Of a stretch of 64,000 bases of DNA, positions 13,321 through 25,689 are shown piece by piece. The notes under the pieces were generated by a model. It did no database searches. It saw only the letters and a program-made list of their open reading frames with translations, and was not told the DNA's origin. The DNA is from Sphyrna mokarran (lineage: Eukaryota). The position numbers and the translations under genes are program-made. The stretch lies in NCBI GenBank assembly GCA_024679065.1, contig JAGIQG010000040.1:9362001-9426000 (forward strand). Direction: 5' to 3'. Each line of letters begins with the position of its first letter. Within the stretch, counting starts at the first letter, position 1.

Positions 13321-13920
13321 ATAACTGCAGTTGCGTTTAAGTATGCTATGGGTAACTTATTCAGTATTCAGTTACACATTCTATGTCTCAGTCAATACCC
13401 AAAGTTAATGAATTGCCCTGAATCCTCCTGAATGTGATGTACAGCTGGCCATTCTGCTGCCAAGGCAATGCAGCTTTCAAATGACTCTCTTTCTCTGTCT
13501 CAGACTGCAACTAAATTACATAACTTCTGTTTGCTCTGTCAGTATTCATTAATTACATACAGGTACATCGGAGCCGAGCTGGCGACAAATTGACGGATTG
13601 GGGGGGTAGTTTTTTTTCGTTGTTTAAGGCATCTTGTGACTGAAAAGATGAAGTAAAAAGTCTCATCAGAGGAAAATTCAGTGCCGGAAACAGGCCAGTT
13701 CACTCACATCATCTCTCTCTCCTCTATTTCTGTCACACAACACATAAAACACTGAAAGTTTCTACTTTAGAACATTTCCGAAGGAAACAAAAAAAAGTTT
13801 TAATTTTCCCTCTTTTCTATCAGTGATAATCTTCAGTCCATCTTTCCTTCAATCAATTTACATAACCCCAAATATGATTATTTTCTTGATACATTAAAAT
13901 GGGAATGGAGGTGAATGTAA

Positions 13921-14201
13921 TGCTGAGACCGGCAGCAATCTGTGTGACTGTTCTTCGTGCTTTCAGAGTGAGTTCACCCTCACAGGCAGGAAGATTGTTC
14001 ACGGTGATAGCAACAAACTGGCCCCGGTTGGTTTATTCTCAGGTAACACAACTTCCTGTTTCAAACCGCACATCTCACTTCTGAGCAGAAAATAAATCCA
14101 GAGACCACAATGTGGTGAGAACATCTGTCAGTGCGGCCTATATCTGTCCACAGAGTCAGGGCAGAGTCACACAGATCACATTGCGGTGACATTTACAGAT
14201 G
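13921..14201. promoter_or_regulatory. Conserved non-coding block upstream of VH A, candidate enhancer
   Basis: High similarity to 63250-63545; Ets/IRF TTCCTGTTTC, four Runx-type sites, two E-boxes. Confidence 0.5.
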
Positions 14202-14339
14202 AGTGTGTTGTGATCTGCGTCCCACCCATGTCCTCCCCTCTGCCCTCTCCTCGTTAGCCCCATATACTTACCGTGGCTAATCCACATACTCTAATGATAA
14301 CAACATAAAATTTTGAATGGCCAATCCAACTAATACTAT

Positions 14340-15380
14340 GTGTTGTAATATAAACGAGAGACGGGTTTTGTGCAGTAATGCAGAGACAAAGCGGAAAGCA
14401 CCAGATATCGATACAGCAGCTGTACTAATATGAATGCAGACTGGATCCAGTTCAGTCATTACTGAGAGAGTGTATACATTATATTACGAACCAGCGTGGT
14501 GTTTTCTCATATAAACAGAGACATGCCATTCTCAGTTTTGACAAAAACACTGTCTATTCTAATATATGCAGAGACAATATGTGCTGTAATTTAAACTGAA
14601 TCTGGTTCCAGCGCATCAGCGCTATCAGAAAATAGAGACCATGATCTGGTGTGATATAAACAGAGATGTGGCCCACTGAAGTAAAAAGTGTGACAATGCA
14701 GAATAAATCATTAATTGATAAAGGATAGTGTGTGACAGAAACAGAGATATGGTTTGGCGCATTAAAGAAGGAGAGAGCATCCAGCGCAATAAAATTGTCA
14801 CCGAGTGTAATTTTGTATGATTCTGGGCATTGTATAATATAATATAAACTGAGACAAAGCCGATGCAGTCATTTCATACCAAATCTTTACATTGATATAA
14901 TCTTTGACAGGGGCAATTGCAGCAATAAATAAATCATTAAATAGAATAATAATTAAATACAGGATATTATTCGGTATAATAGGGAGGTGCACTAGTACAA
15001 CATTGATTGAGATATTGTCAATGTTTCTTTATACGTGACAGATTTCAGCAATGTAATAACTGAGACACAGTCTTGTGTAATGCAAACAGTAACATGTCCT
15101 AGTGCATTATCAGGAGAGACAGGGTCTAGTGAAGTAACAACGGAGATATGGAGTTTCATGTCATTAGACAAGAATTAATTCCGTGCTGTCATAACTACCA
15201 GAATGAATGGTGTAATGTCAAATGAGGCTTGTTGCGGTATAGTAACAACAGGGATTTTGCTGGGTACAGAATCAACTGAGAACTATTGTCATATTATCAG
15301 AAATATGATTTCGTGTCACGTTTAGAATGAAGACAGATTGAGCCTATTACACAAATAACTGAGATGATCATCTCTATCAT
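14340..15380 (+). repeat. Degenerate ~29-bp tandem array
   Basis: Recurrent AACTGAGACAGGGTCTAGTG(C/A)AGTAA(T/C)A-like units. Confidence 0.6.
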
Positions 15381-17639
15381 GTAGTGTTAAAAAAGCACTG
15401 TTTCACTGCTATCTCCTGGGCTAGCTTTGCTATTGCCGGTGTTGCGAAATGCAGAGTTCAGTTACCATTTCTTATTCTTTTGTGGGCCGTATATCCAATT
15501 GATAACGCCAGCATATATTGACAATGGATAATACACTAAACTATTTCCAACTATGATCGAGTTATCTTATGAGAAAAGGATGGCAACGTCAGGTTTGTGC
15601 TCATGAGAGTTTAGAAGAGTACAGGCAAATTGAGTGAAACCTTCAAAAACCTAAGGGGTGCTAACAGTGTGGGTGTTGAGCAGAGGTTTCCTCTTGATCA
15701 GTGTTGTGGCTTTATTGGATGTGTCTCTGAGTGCAGATATCTTAGGTCTTGGTTCAGGGCCTATTTCCAATGCTATACTATCCACGGGAGGGCGCTCTCT
15801 GATCACTTACCGAATGCCATACCCTCTTTTTGCAGAAAATGACTATTTGCCAATACGAAAATGGGCAGAGAAAATAAATCCCATCATTCAAATTGCATTT
15901 TCACCGTTCTTTTGATTCAACCTTTAACTTTAATACATTTATTTAACTCCAATATCCTCATTCTGAAATAGACAACATTAAACTGCAAGCATGACTGACA
16001 AGCAAAAGAATGCGAGTCACTGGAGTCATCACTCGTAATTTCAATCAAGAAGTAATGCCAGGTCCTCTTCGTTCACTTGCTACACGCAATCATTCCCTGA
16101 CGCGCATCAAACCCAGGCCGCGATGGTGAGAGGACTGATTCCAAACAGATGGACCGTTCGGGAAGATAATGATGGAAAACTTAGCCCGCCTTTCCGCTTC
16201 AGAATTTTAAAAACAAAACACAAGGAATGTTTGTTGGACAACAATCATATCCAGAAAGAACATGAGTGACTCCTTCAGCCAATGAAACACTTATTGTTGT
16301 TACCTGGGAACAAGAAACCGACAGTGAGGTCAAATAGTCCCACAGGCTTTTCATTTGTATCTTTCAATTTTCAAAACCAAGCAACCTCGTCATTGTTGAT
16401 ACTATGAAACTTACGAAGTAACACAAAATAAATATTCGTGTCTTGAAACTATCTGCTTTCCACCTCAGCATTTTGTAGATTTAAAAGCACCATTCTTTAA
16501 AAGTTTAAGCAATTCATTCTACTGATCACTACCGACTTGCCGTGTATTTTACATGGTGATAAAACCTGTACTTGGAATGTAAACAGCAGATAGTAGACAT
16601 TCTCTGCTGATTTGGCAGCATTGTGGACACATAAAGTTCTAAATACTTCCATTCTTTCGCTTTCCTGAATTATAGTGATTATTGCGTTTGCAGAATGGCA
16701 AAATATTTTCAAAGCACTTGACTCACTTCAGCTTGTTTTTGTTAAATGTTAAGGCATTGCATAATCTCATAATGTAGGACTTTTACAGGCCGCCATGTCT
16801 TGAATCTTATCATATAACTGAAGTTATAGATAAATTGACAAAAATTGGGCAAATGTTATTTTCTGAATCTTATGCTCGATCAATGAATGTACCACATGGC
16901 TAAGGTTTTCAGCCGAATTGGAATTCGATTAAACAAGGTTCTAAATTGCAATTAGACGGCACAGTTTGATCTGAGCAGAATTTCTATAATTTGAGGGTTA
17001 ACGTGTAGGATAGGCTCCTTGATTCGGAATGGGGTCGTACATGATCGAAATCTACTGCTTGAAAGTTCCTACATTGTAATTCGTGGTAACTTGTGAACTG
17101 AATATGGATCCAACAAAGTATTAATTTGTTCTTCACCAATTATTAGGAAAAATGCGCTCAGTAAAATTGCTACTGTCCTATTGATACATTTCTTCTTTCA
17201 TTGTCTCACTCAGGGTGCAGTTGATGTAGGTTAGATGCATTAGCCATGGTAAATGTGTGAAGGGTAAGTGGCTTAGGATGGCGAAAAGTGTGTTCAGTGC
17301 AGACTAAAATCACCTCCATCTTGACTGAACGATTCTATGATATTCCCAATGATATTAAGATAGGTGTGGCTCGGACTGAGAAAACTGATCCACCTTGGCC
17401 CAAAGACAAGACATTACAGGTACTATAAATGTCATTTCACAACTGAAAGTTTCGTAAAACTGAGGGACGTGGAGTGTGCTTCAGGTCGCAGGTCTTTATC
17501 AGGAAAAATCCAGTCATTTATTTATTTTATAGCAGTGCAGAGTCAGGTAAAAGATAAAGAAGAGGAATAAACAACAAATGGTCTTATGATAGAAGGGAAG
17601 GCTGGAATTATTATTTGCTAAAGGGAATGATGCTAATAG

Positions 17640-19400
17640 ACAATACGAAATCTCACTGGTTAAAGTCCAACAATTTATTTGGTATCACAAATATTTGGAG
17701 CAAGGCTCCTTCCTCAGATGAATGGAGAGCTGACATTACAAACACACAGACGCAATTGCAAGAAAGTAGTTGGAATTTAAGTCTTTACAGGTAATTAAGT
17801 GTTTACAGATACAGTGTAGTGGGGGAGAATCACAGGTGAAAGTAATATGAATTGTCTCAAGACAAGATAATTAGCGGGATTTTGCAAGTCCAGGCCAAAT
17901 TTTGGGGCTTTTCAGGCCATTCTCATGCAGGACTCGGTTATCAGTTCCTGCTCGGCGATTATGCATGTCATGTGTCTTGAAGGCCACTTTGTAGAACGCT
18001 GACCCAAAGATCGGAGGCTGAGTGCTCTTGACTGCTAACGCTTTCTCCGACCGGAATTGCATCCTCAGAAGTCAAACACGGGACATGACCGACAGATTAT
18101 CCATCGTTGTCTAGTACTTCCGTGGAGCAGAATAAAATTAAAAAAAACATGAGATCTTCTTTGGAGCCTTCAACATGCCATTGATGCCTCCCCACTACTT
18201 GCTTTCAGACAACAGCACAATCTCAAACAGACGGTCGTTTGCAGCAAACTACCCAGCCTTAAAGAGAACAGCTACGTCGTTTCCACACAACGCTGCCACA
18301 TCGACCTCTGCAGGATGTTCCGGATCATCGACATGGATACCACCACAACAAGTGAGGACACTACCCACCAGGTACACGATATATACTCGTGTGACTCGGC
18401 CAACGTTCTCTATCTCATACACAATAAGAAGTCTCACAACACCAGATTCAAAATCAAAAGGTTTATTTGGGAGCAAAAGCCACATTTGTGCTGCCAAATA
18501 AACCTATTGGGCTTTAACCTTATGTTAAAAGACTTCTTACTGTGCTTACCCCATTGCAACGTCGGCATCTCCACATCATATCTCATACACTGCAGAAAAG
18601 AATGTCATGAGGTGTGGTACATTGGTGGAACCATGCAGACGCTATGACAACGTATGAATGACAATCACCAGGCAGAAGTGTTCCCTTCCGGGGGTACAGG
18701 TCAGGAGTCAAGGGCATTCATCTCAAAGAGGAGAGGATCTTCAAGAATATCATCCACATCGACACAAGCAACAAGTTCCTACGATGCAAGAAAGCAGACA
18801 AGTTCCCAGTAGGACTATTGTTCACGAACCCACTCAACTCGAACTTCAACACAGATTACGCTGAGAGACTTTGCCGTTGCACCTCTCTCACACTGCTCAA
18901 GCACCTTGTGCACCAGCTCTACAGTTGACAACACAACCTGAAAACTATGATACAATCCATATTCTGAATTTGCACTTGGAATACAGCAGGCCAGGAACGA
19001 GACATCACCAAGCAGATATAACAACCGGACTACATCATGAACAACAAGAACAGGTAACTTGAGAAACTCGATATCCTCAACAGCACCAACAAAGCCTCCC
19101 CCACTACCACAGCAGAAATCAGTAACTCTGTAGGGAAGTCCATTGTTAACTTGTCGGACTACATCATTCAACCAATCGAAATCAAGGATGTCAGTCAAGG
19201 GCTCAATTTCTGTACCATCACCAAAATGGACCCCATTGATGTTGTGGCAGACATAAATGGAAGCACCAGATGAATGACACTCTGACATTTCTTCAACAAA
19301 CCCCATGCTGCCAACAGCCAACCCAATGGCACAACAAAATTAATTCAGCTGATGAAGGAGAAGCACTTGACTCCAAGTAAAACTGTTGGACTTTAAATTT
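17640..19400 (+). mobile_element. Penelope-like retroelement remnant with inverted 5' copy
   Basis: GIY-YIG remnant YSCDSANVLYLIHC...WYIGGTMQTL*QRMN (18380-18660), PLE N-terminal SIVNLSD...GLNFC (~19140-19215), inverted copy of 3' part at 17640-18110. Confidence 0.85.
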
Positions 19401-19420
19401 GTTTTGCAATCAAGTACCAA

Positions 19421-19672
19421 ATGGCTGATTCCATCGTTTAGCAATCCCACATCTGATTGGCTGAGGTGGTCGTTTAGCCATCTAGTCCCTGACAGGCCGA
19501 GGCAGTCATTTAGTGATCTACCCTTTGATTCGCTGAGGTTATCATTTAGTGATCCCCGCTCTGATTGGCAGTCGTTAGAAATTTTGTCTTTGATTGCCTG
19601 AGATGGTCAGTTATTGACCCAGTCTCTTATTGGCTGGGGAAGTCAGTTAATCATTCCAGGCTTATTGGTTGT
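19421..19672. repeat. Degenerate ~36-bp minisatellite (~7 copies) rich in ATTGG/CCAAT
   Basis: Unit like TGATTGGCTGAGGTGGTCGTTTAGCCATCTAGTCCC. Confidence 0.75.
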
Positions 19673-19674
19673 CA

Positions 19675-20585
19675 CTACATTTTCTTTATTAATTTATTCA
19701 TTAAATTAATAACTGATGTCACCGGATATTTCACCACGATGCTGATCTGCTCCCTGAATTTGGATTGAGTAACCACGTAAATAAATGTATTTGTGCAGCA
19801 ATTTAAATCCCGCAGCATAAATCCGACTGTTCGAAATGTATATTCAGGAATAGTGAGGTAAAATAATCCTCTCACATCTGCATAGAAAAATTTTACAACA
19901 TAAACCGGCCAGAGCAGAATGAAAGCTCCGGATATGCTGAAGAGTAAAATCATTGACTTCCTTCTGCTGTCCATTTCGGGGTCCCTGCGATTATCTCCCT
20001 TATTCTGAGCCTTCAGTCCTTTCCGCACTCGACTAGTCACTAAAATGTGACTGATTGTTAGGGCATTAATCAACAGGATTAAACTGAATGGGAGCAGTGG
20101 GGTTAAAACCTGATTAAACCAGTTAAAGCCAATCCATCCAGGATCAGTCCAAGTGCTTGACTTGGCATTACAGCCCCACTTGGCATTGTCAATTATCAGT
20201 TGAGGTTCATATATAAAGTAGAAGGGAATGTTTTTCGCAAAGAGCAGGATGCCAGTTGTTGCCAGAACCACAGCTGCAGTTTTCCCAGTGCAATATTTAA
20301 TTTTCATTTTTTGGCAGCGAATAGCCACAAATCGATCAAAGGAGAAAGTGACAGTGAACCAGACAGAGCAGTCTGCAGATGCAGTCTCCAGGACAGCTTT
20401 AACCCGACATACACATGTGAGGGACAGGAAATTCAGGGGGAAATAATAATTATTTATGTAGTTGAGAATGGGGTTTATGATGATGAACAGTAGATCCACC
20501 ACTGCCATGGCCACCAGGTAGCGAGTGGTGCAGGTGGAGAGGCCACACTTTCCCCGACTCAGGATCACAATTCCCAGTAAATTAA
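19675..20585 (-). CDS. GPR139-like class A GPCR exon 2 (spliced protein 325 aa)
   Basis: Acceptor AACAG|TT; VNLLGIVIL (TM1), YLVAMAVVDL (TM2), FSFDRFVAI (DRY-like), PLLPF (TM5), FILLWP (TM6), LNCCTNTFIY (TM7), SKFRE (helix 8); no stops. Confidence 0.92.
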
Positions 20586-21409
20586 CTGTTAGAAAAACAA
20601 GAAATAAGAACCTAAAAATTAGTGAGTGCATTTTCTACATGTCTGAACTGAAAGAAAGGGAATTTTTCAACATCAATCCAATGGGCAGGATTTCCTGATG
20701 TGGCGTTGTTTTGGAGGAGTTCAGTTAGAGATTAACATTGCAGGCTGAAAAGTCGTCAGTGTAACACTGCAGGTTAAACGGGACTGGGGGTCAAGAAACT
20801 GTGAATTAGACATCTCTCAATTTGATGGAGGAAATCTGCAAATTCTGATTATATTAATATTGTTGAGAGTTTGGATTTCTTATTTGATCCGTTTTACAGG
20901 ATAAACTGGGGCTGGACAAGTTTCCTAATAAGACCTGAAACGCACAGAAATATGCCAGCGATTGGCAGTGTAATCTGCCATCCCTTCCTGGACTCAATTA
21001 TAAAAGGCCACACTAGATTGAACTTCTTTCTGCACTGGTCACCTGATGGATTTTGATGTAACTTCAGGATTACTTATCCCTTTTTCAAATCTCTTCCTCA
21101 TTCTATCTTTTTATTCTAACTTTTCTATTTCTAGTTTCCAGATTCCTTGTTCTTTTTGTCTCTCTTTCCTTTCCCTCTCTCTGTCTCTGCATTTCCCCCG
21201 CTTTTTCACTAATCTGACCCTTGTCATCCTCTTTCTCTCCATTTGCCATTTTGTTCCCCAATCTCAGATTTCTCTCCCATTCACTCTCTTTCCATTTTTA
21301 ACACCTATTCTAACTTTCTCCCAGTATTTATAAATCTTTCTTCAAATATTTCTCTCTCACTCTCCTCATATCTATTCTGGCTCTCTCCAACATCTCACTT
21401 TCTTGCTGT

Positions 21410-22600
21410 TTAACAAAGAATTATATAAAAACAGCAGCAGAAGGAAAAAATGTGGGCTTTCGAGCCTGCTCTGTCATATATCACAACCATGGCTGATCGT
21501 CCAACTCAATAACCTAATGTTGCTTTCTTCCAATAACATATGTTCCCACTCACCCCGAGTGCAATATGTAGTCGCACTTTCAATACACTCCATATTTTTA
21601 CACCAACTTCCGGCGGTAATGAATTTCACAACCTCACCATTCTTTGGCTCCCCATCCCTATCTGGAAAACTCTACCCAGTATCCTGAGACTGTTATCTCT
21701 GGTTCTGGACACATCCTCCATTAGGAACATCTGTTCTCACCCTATTAGAATTTTATGAGTCGGGTATGAGATCTCTCTCATTCATCTGAACTCCAGCGAA
21801 AACAATCCTAGTCTATTTAACTTCTCACACCTTAGTTCCACAATCTCTGGAATCAACATAGAGAGCCTGCACTCCCTTGAGAGCAAAGACATCCTTCCTC
21901 CGAGGAGACAACAATTGCACACAATATCCTAGGAGTGGTCTCACCAAGTTCCTGTATAATTGTAAGACACATTCCTGCTCCTGTACTCGAAACTTCTTGC
22001 CGTGAAGGCCCACATACAATTTGCTTTCTGTACTGTTTGAGGATCCTGCATTCTTATGTTCAGTGACTGGTGCACATGGACGTCCAGGATCTATTGCATA
22101 CTCCTCTCTCTTCCAATTTACAGTCATTCAAGTAGTAATCTTTCTTATTGTTTTGTTTCCAAAGTAAATAACCTCACATTTATCCAAACTATACTGCATC
22201 TGTCATTGAGTTAAAAACTCCACCAACCTATCCAGATCATGCCGATAGATCTCTGCATCCTCGTCACAGTTCTGTATCCCAGCCAAGTTGGTGCAAACTG
22301 CAAAATTTGAAACCTTACATTTTGTTCACTCGTCAAATCATTAATAGGTGTTGTGAATAGCTAGAGCCTCAGCACCGATCCCTGTAGCACGACACTACCT
22401 ACTGCCTATCAATTTATAAAGGACCAAATAAATTCCTAATCTTTTTTTCATCATTGTCAGCTAGTTTTTTTTTAAACATCTCAATACTCCTCTCGCAATC
22501 CCACATGCTTTAATCGTGCTAAATAATCTCACATACGGGATTTTGGCAAACACTTTCTGAAAGTCCAAATATATCATTTTGACTGGCTCCCTCTTGTCAA
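21410..22600 (-). mobile_element. Degraded CR1/L2-type LINE 3' fragment
   Basis: VLQLYRNLVRPLLGYCVQ RT C-terminal motif in ORF 21825-22127. Confidence 0.75.
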
Positions 22601-22683
22601 TTCTCGTCACAATATTTTAAAGATGTTTCTCTCCATCTCTCTCTATCTGTGTCCAGCATTTCTCTCTCTCGCGCGCGTGTGTA

Positions 22684-25423
22684 TAGAACATAGAACATAG
22701 AACATAGAACATTACAGCACAGAACAGGCCCTTCGGCCTTCGATGTTGCGCCGACCAATATGAAAAGCAATGCCCCTCCAAACTAAACCATTCCCTTCTC
22801 TTCCATATACTTATCAACTAATCTCTTAAATGCCACCAAACTTGGCGCATCTACAACTGCTGCAGGCAGGGCATTCCACTCCCGAACCACCCTTTGGGTA
22901 AAGAACCTACCTCTGATATCCGTCCTATACTATCACCCCTTAATTTAAAGCTGTGTCCCCTCGTGCTAGCTTTCTCCATCCTAGGAAAAAGGCTATCACT
23001 GTCCACCCTATCTAAACCTCTAATCATCTTATATGTTTCGATTAGGTCCCTCTTAGCCGCCTCCTTTCTAACGAAAACAACCTCAAATCCCTCAGCCTCT
23101 CTTCATAAGACCTGCCCTCCATACCAGGCAACATCCTGGTAAACCTCCTCTGTACCCTCTCCAATGCCTCCACATCTTTCTTATAATGTGGGGACCAAGA
23201 ACTGCACACAATACTCCAAGTGCGGCCGCACTAGAGTTTTGTACAGTTGCAACATGACGTTGTGGCTCCGAAATTCAATCCCTCTACCAATAAAAGCCAA
23301 GACTCCATATGCCTTCCTAACAACCTTCTCGACCTTACTGCCTACTTTCAGGGATCTATGCACATACACACCAAGATCCCTCTGTTCATCTAGACTACTA
23401 AGAATCCTACCATTTGCCCTATACTCTACACATTTATTATTTCTGCCATAGTGCATTACCTCACACTTTTCCACATTAAACTCCATTTGCCACCTCTCGG
23501 CCCAGCTCTGCAACATGTCCAAGTCCCTCTGCAAACTATAACACCCCTCTTCACTATCTACCACTCCACCGACTTTAGTGTCATCTGCAAATTTACTAAT
23601 CCATCCTTCAATACCCTCATCCAGATCTTTTATAAAAATTACAAACAGCAGGGGCCCCAAAACAGACCCCTGAGGTACACCACTTGTCACCGAACTCCAC
23701 GATGAATATCTCCCATCAACCACCACCCCCTGTCTTCTATCTGCTAGCCAATTCCTAACCCAATTAGCTAAATCACCCTCTATCCCATACATCTGCATTT
23801 TCTGCAGAAGTCTCCCATGGGCCACCTTATCAAACGCCTTACTAAAGTCCATATATACCACATCAACCGCCTTACCCCCATCCACCTCTTTGGTCACTTT
23901 TTCAAAAAACTCAATAAGGTTAGTAAGGCACGACCTACCCTTCACAAACCATGCTGACTATCCCCAATCAATTCATTTCTCTCTAAATAACTATAAATCC
24001 TATCCCTAATAATTCTCTCCAATACCTTGCCCACAACAGAAGTAAGACTCACTGGCCTATAATTCCCTGGCAGGTCTCTCTTCCCCTTCTTGAACAATGG
24101 GACCACATTCGCTATCCTCCAGTCCTCCGGAACCACACCCGTAACCAACGACGACCTGAAGATCAGAGCCAGAGGCTCTGCAATCTCCTCACTTGCCTCC
24201 CAGAGAATCCTAGGGTAAATCCCGTCCGGCCCAGGGGACTTATCCAACTTCAAACCCTCGAGAATATCTAGCACATCCTCCCTATCTACTTCGATACCTT
24301 CCATTTTGCTACCCTGTACCTCAGTGTTCTCCATAACTACATTTACATCACCCTGCGTGAATACCGAAGAGAAATATTTATTCAGTACCTCTCCAATCTC
24401 CTCAGGCTCCACGCACAACTTCCCACTGCTGTATATGACTGGCCCTAATCTTGCCCTAACCAATCTTCTATTCTTAACATATCTAAAGAAAGCTTTAGGA
24501 TTCTCCTTAATCCTATCAGCCAAAGTCTTCTCGTGTCCTCTCTTCGCTCTCCTCAATTCACTCTTTAGCTCACTCCTGGCTAATCTATAGCTATCCATTG
24601 CACTAACGGAGCCTTCAAGCCTCATCCTGACATAAGACTCCTTTTTCCTTTTAACCAGCAAATCAACTTTTTTCGTACACCAAGGTTCTCTTACGCGACC
24701 ATTTCCTCCTTGCCTGACAGGGACATACTTATCAAGGACTCGCAGCAGCTGCTCCTTGAATAAGCACCACATTCCAGATGTTCCCAGTCCCTGTATTTTC
24801 CTAGTCCAATCTATGCACCCTAATTCTCTCCTGATGGCCTCATAATTACCCTTCCCCCAGCTATAACTACTGCCCCCAGCTTCATGCCTATCCCTATCCA
24901 TCACTAATGTGAACGTAACCGAATTGTGGTCACTATCACCAAAATGTTCACCAACTTCAAAGCCTAACACCTGGTCTGGCTCATTGCCCAGCACCAAATC
25001 CAATGTAGCCTCACCTCTAGTTGGCCTATCTACATACTGAGTCAAAAAACCTTCCTGCACACTTTGTACGAAAACTGACCCCTCTAACGAACTAGAGCTA
25101 TAGCTATTCCAATCAATATTAGTAAAGTTAAAGTCCCCCATAACAATTACCCTATTACTTTCACTCCTGACCAGAATTGACTTGGCAATCCTTTCCTCTA
25201 CCTCTCTAGAACTTTTAGGAGGTCTATAAAAGACTCCCAACAGGGTGTCTTTTTTTCTCCTTTTTTCTCCTTTCCTGTTTCTAATCTCAGCCCATACTAC
25301 CTCAACAGACAAGTCCTCATCAAACTTCTTCTCTGTCACTGTGATACAGTCTTTGACTAATAATGCCACTCCTCCCCCCCTTCTACCTCCTTCTCTACTC
25401 CGACTAAAGCATTTATCCCCCAT
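22684..25423 (-). mobile_element. CR1-clade LINE, 5'-truncated, near-intact ORF2 (APE endonuclease + RT), in the GPCR intron
   Basis: ORFs 23942-25423 (MGDFN, SDH, KSPGPDG, NYRPVSLTS) and 23181-23945 (DFSKAFD, GVPQGSVLGP, KFADD); frameshifts at ~23943 and ~23190; (AGAACAT)n tail at 22684-22712. Confidence 0.95.
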
Positions 25424-25689
25424 TCCTGTTTATCTCCCCAACATCTCTCCTTCTCTCCTTCTCTCTCTCTCATATATATTCTCCCCGTTCCTGTTTATCT
25501 CTCCAACATCTCTCTTTCTCTCTCTCTCTCTTTCTCTCTCTAGTATTATATGAGTAATTTTTAAGCACAGCAGAATGCCATGGGAAACAATGTAACGGGA
25601 CAACGGAGAGGCATTTCATTTCAACAGCCTTACGACTGCTATAATCCCAATCTAGCCACTGAATTCCACATGTATTCCGAATTACAAAG

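Noticed and set aside
14271-14340. Orphan GPR139-like exon 1 (KFYVVIIRVCGLAT)
   Set aside because: Weak resemblance, wrong splice phase, and no matching exon 2 downstream
18815-19321. 168-aa minus-strand ORF
   Set aside because: Antisense shadow of the decayed Penelope ORF
20586-20631. ORF-track start of the GPCR (MHSLIFRFLFLVFLT)
   Set aside because: This is the intron's polypyrimidine/acceptor region; a better in-phase exon 1 with TM1 and TATA exists at 28941-29007
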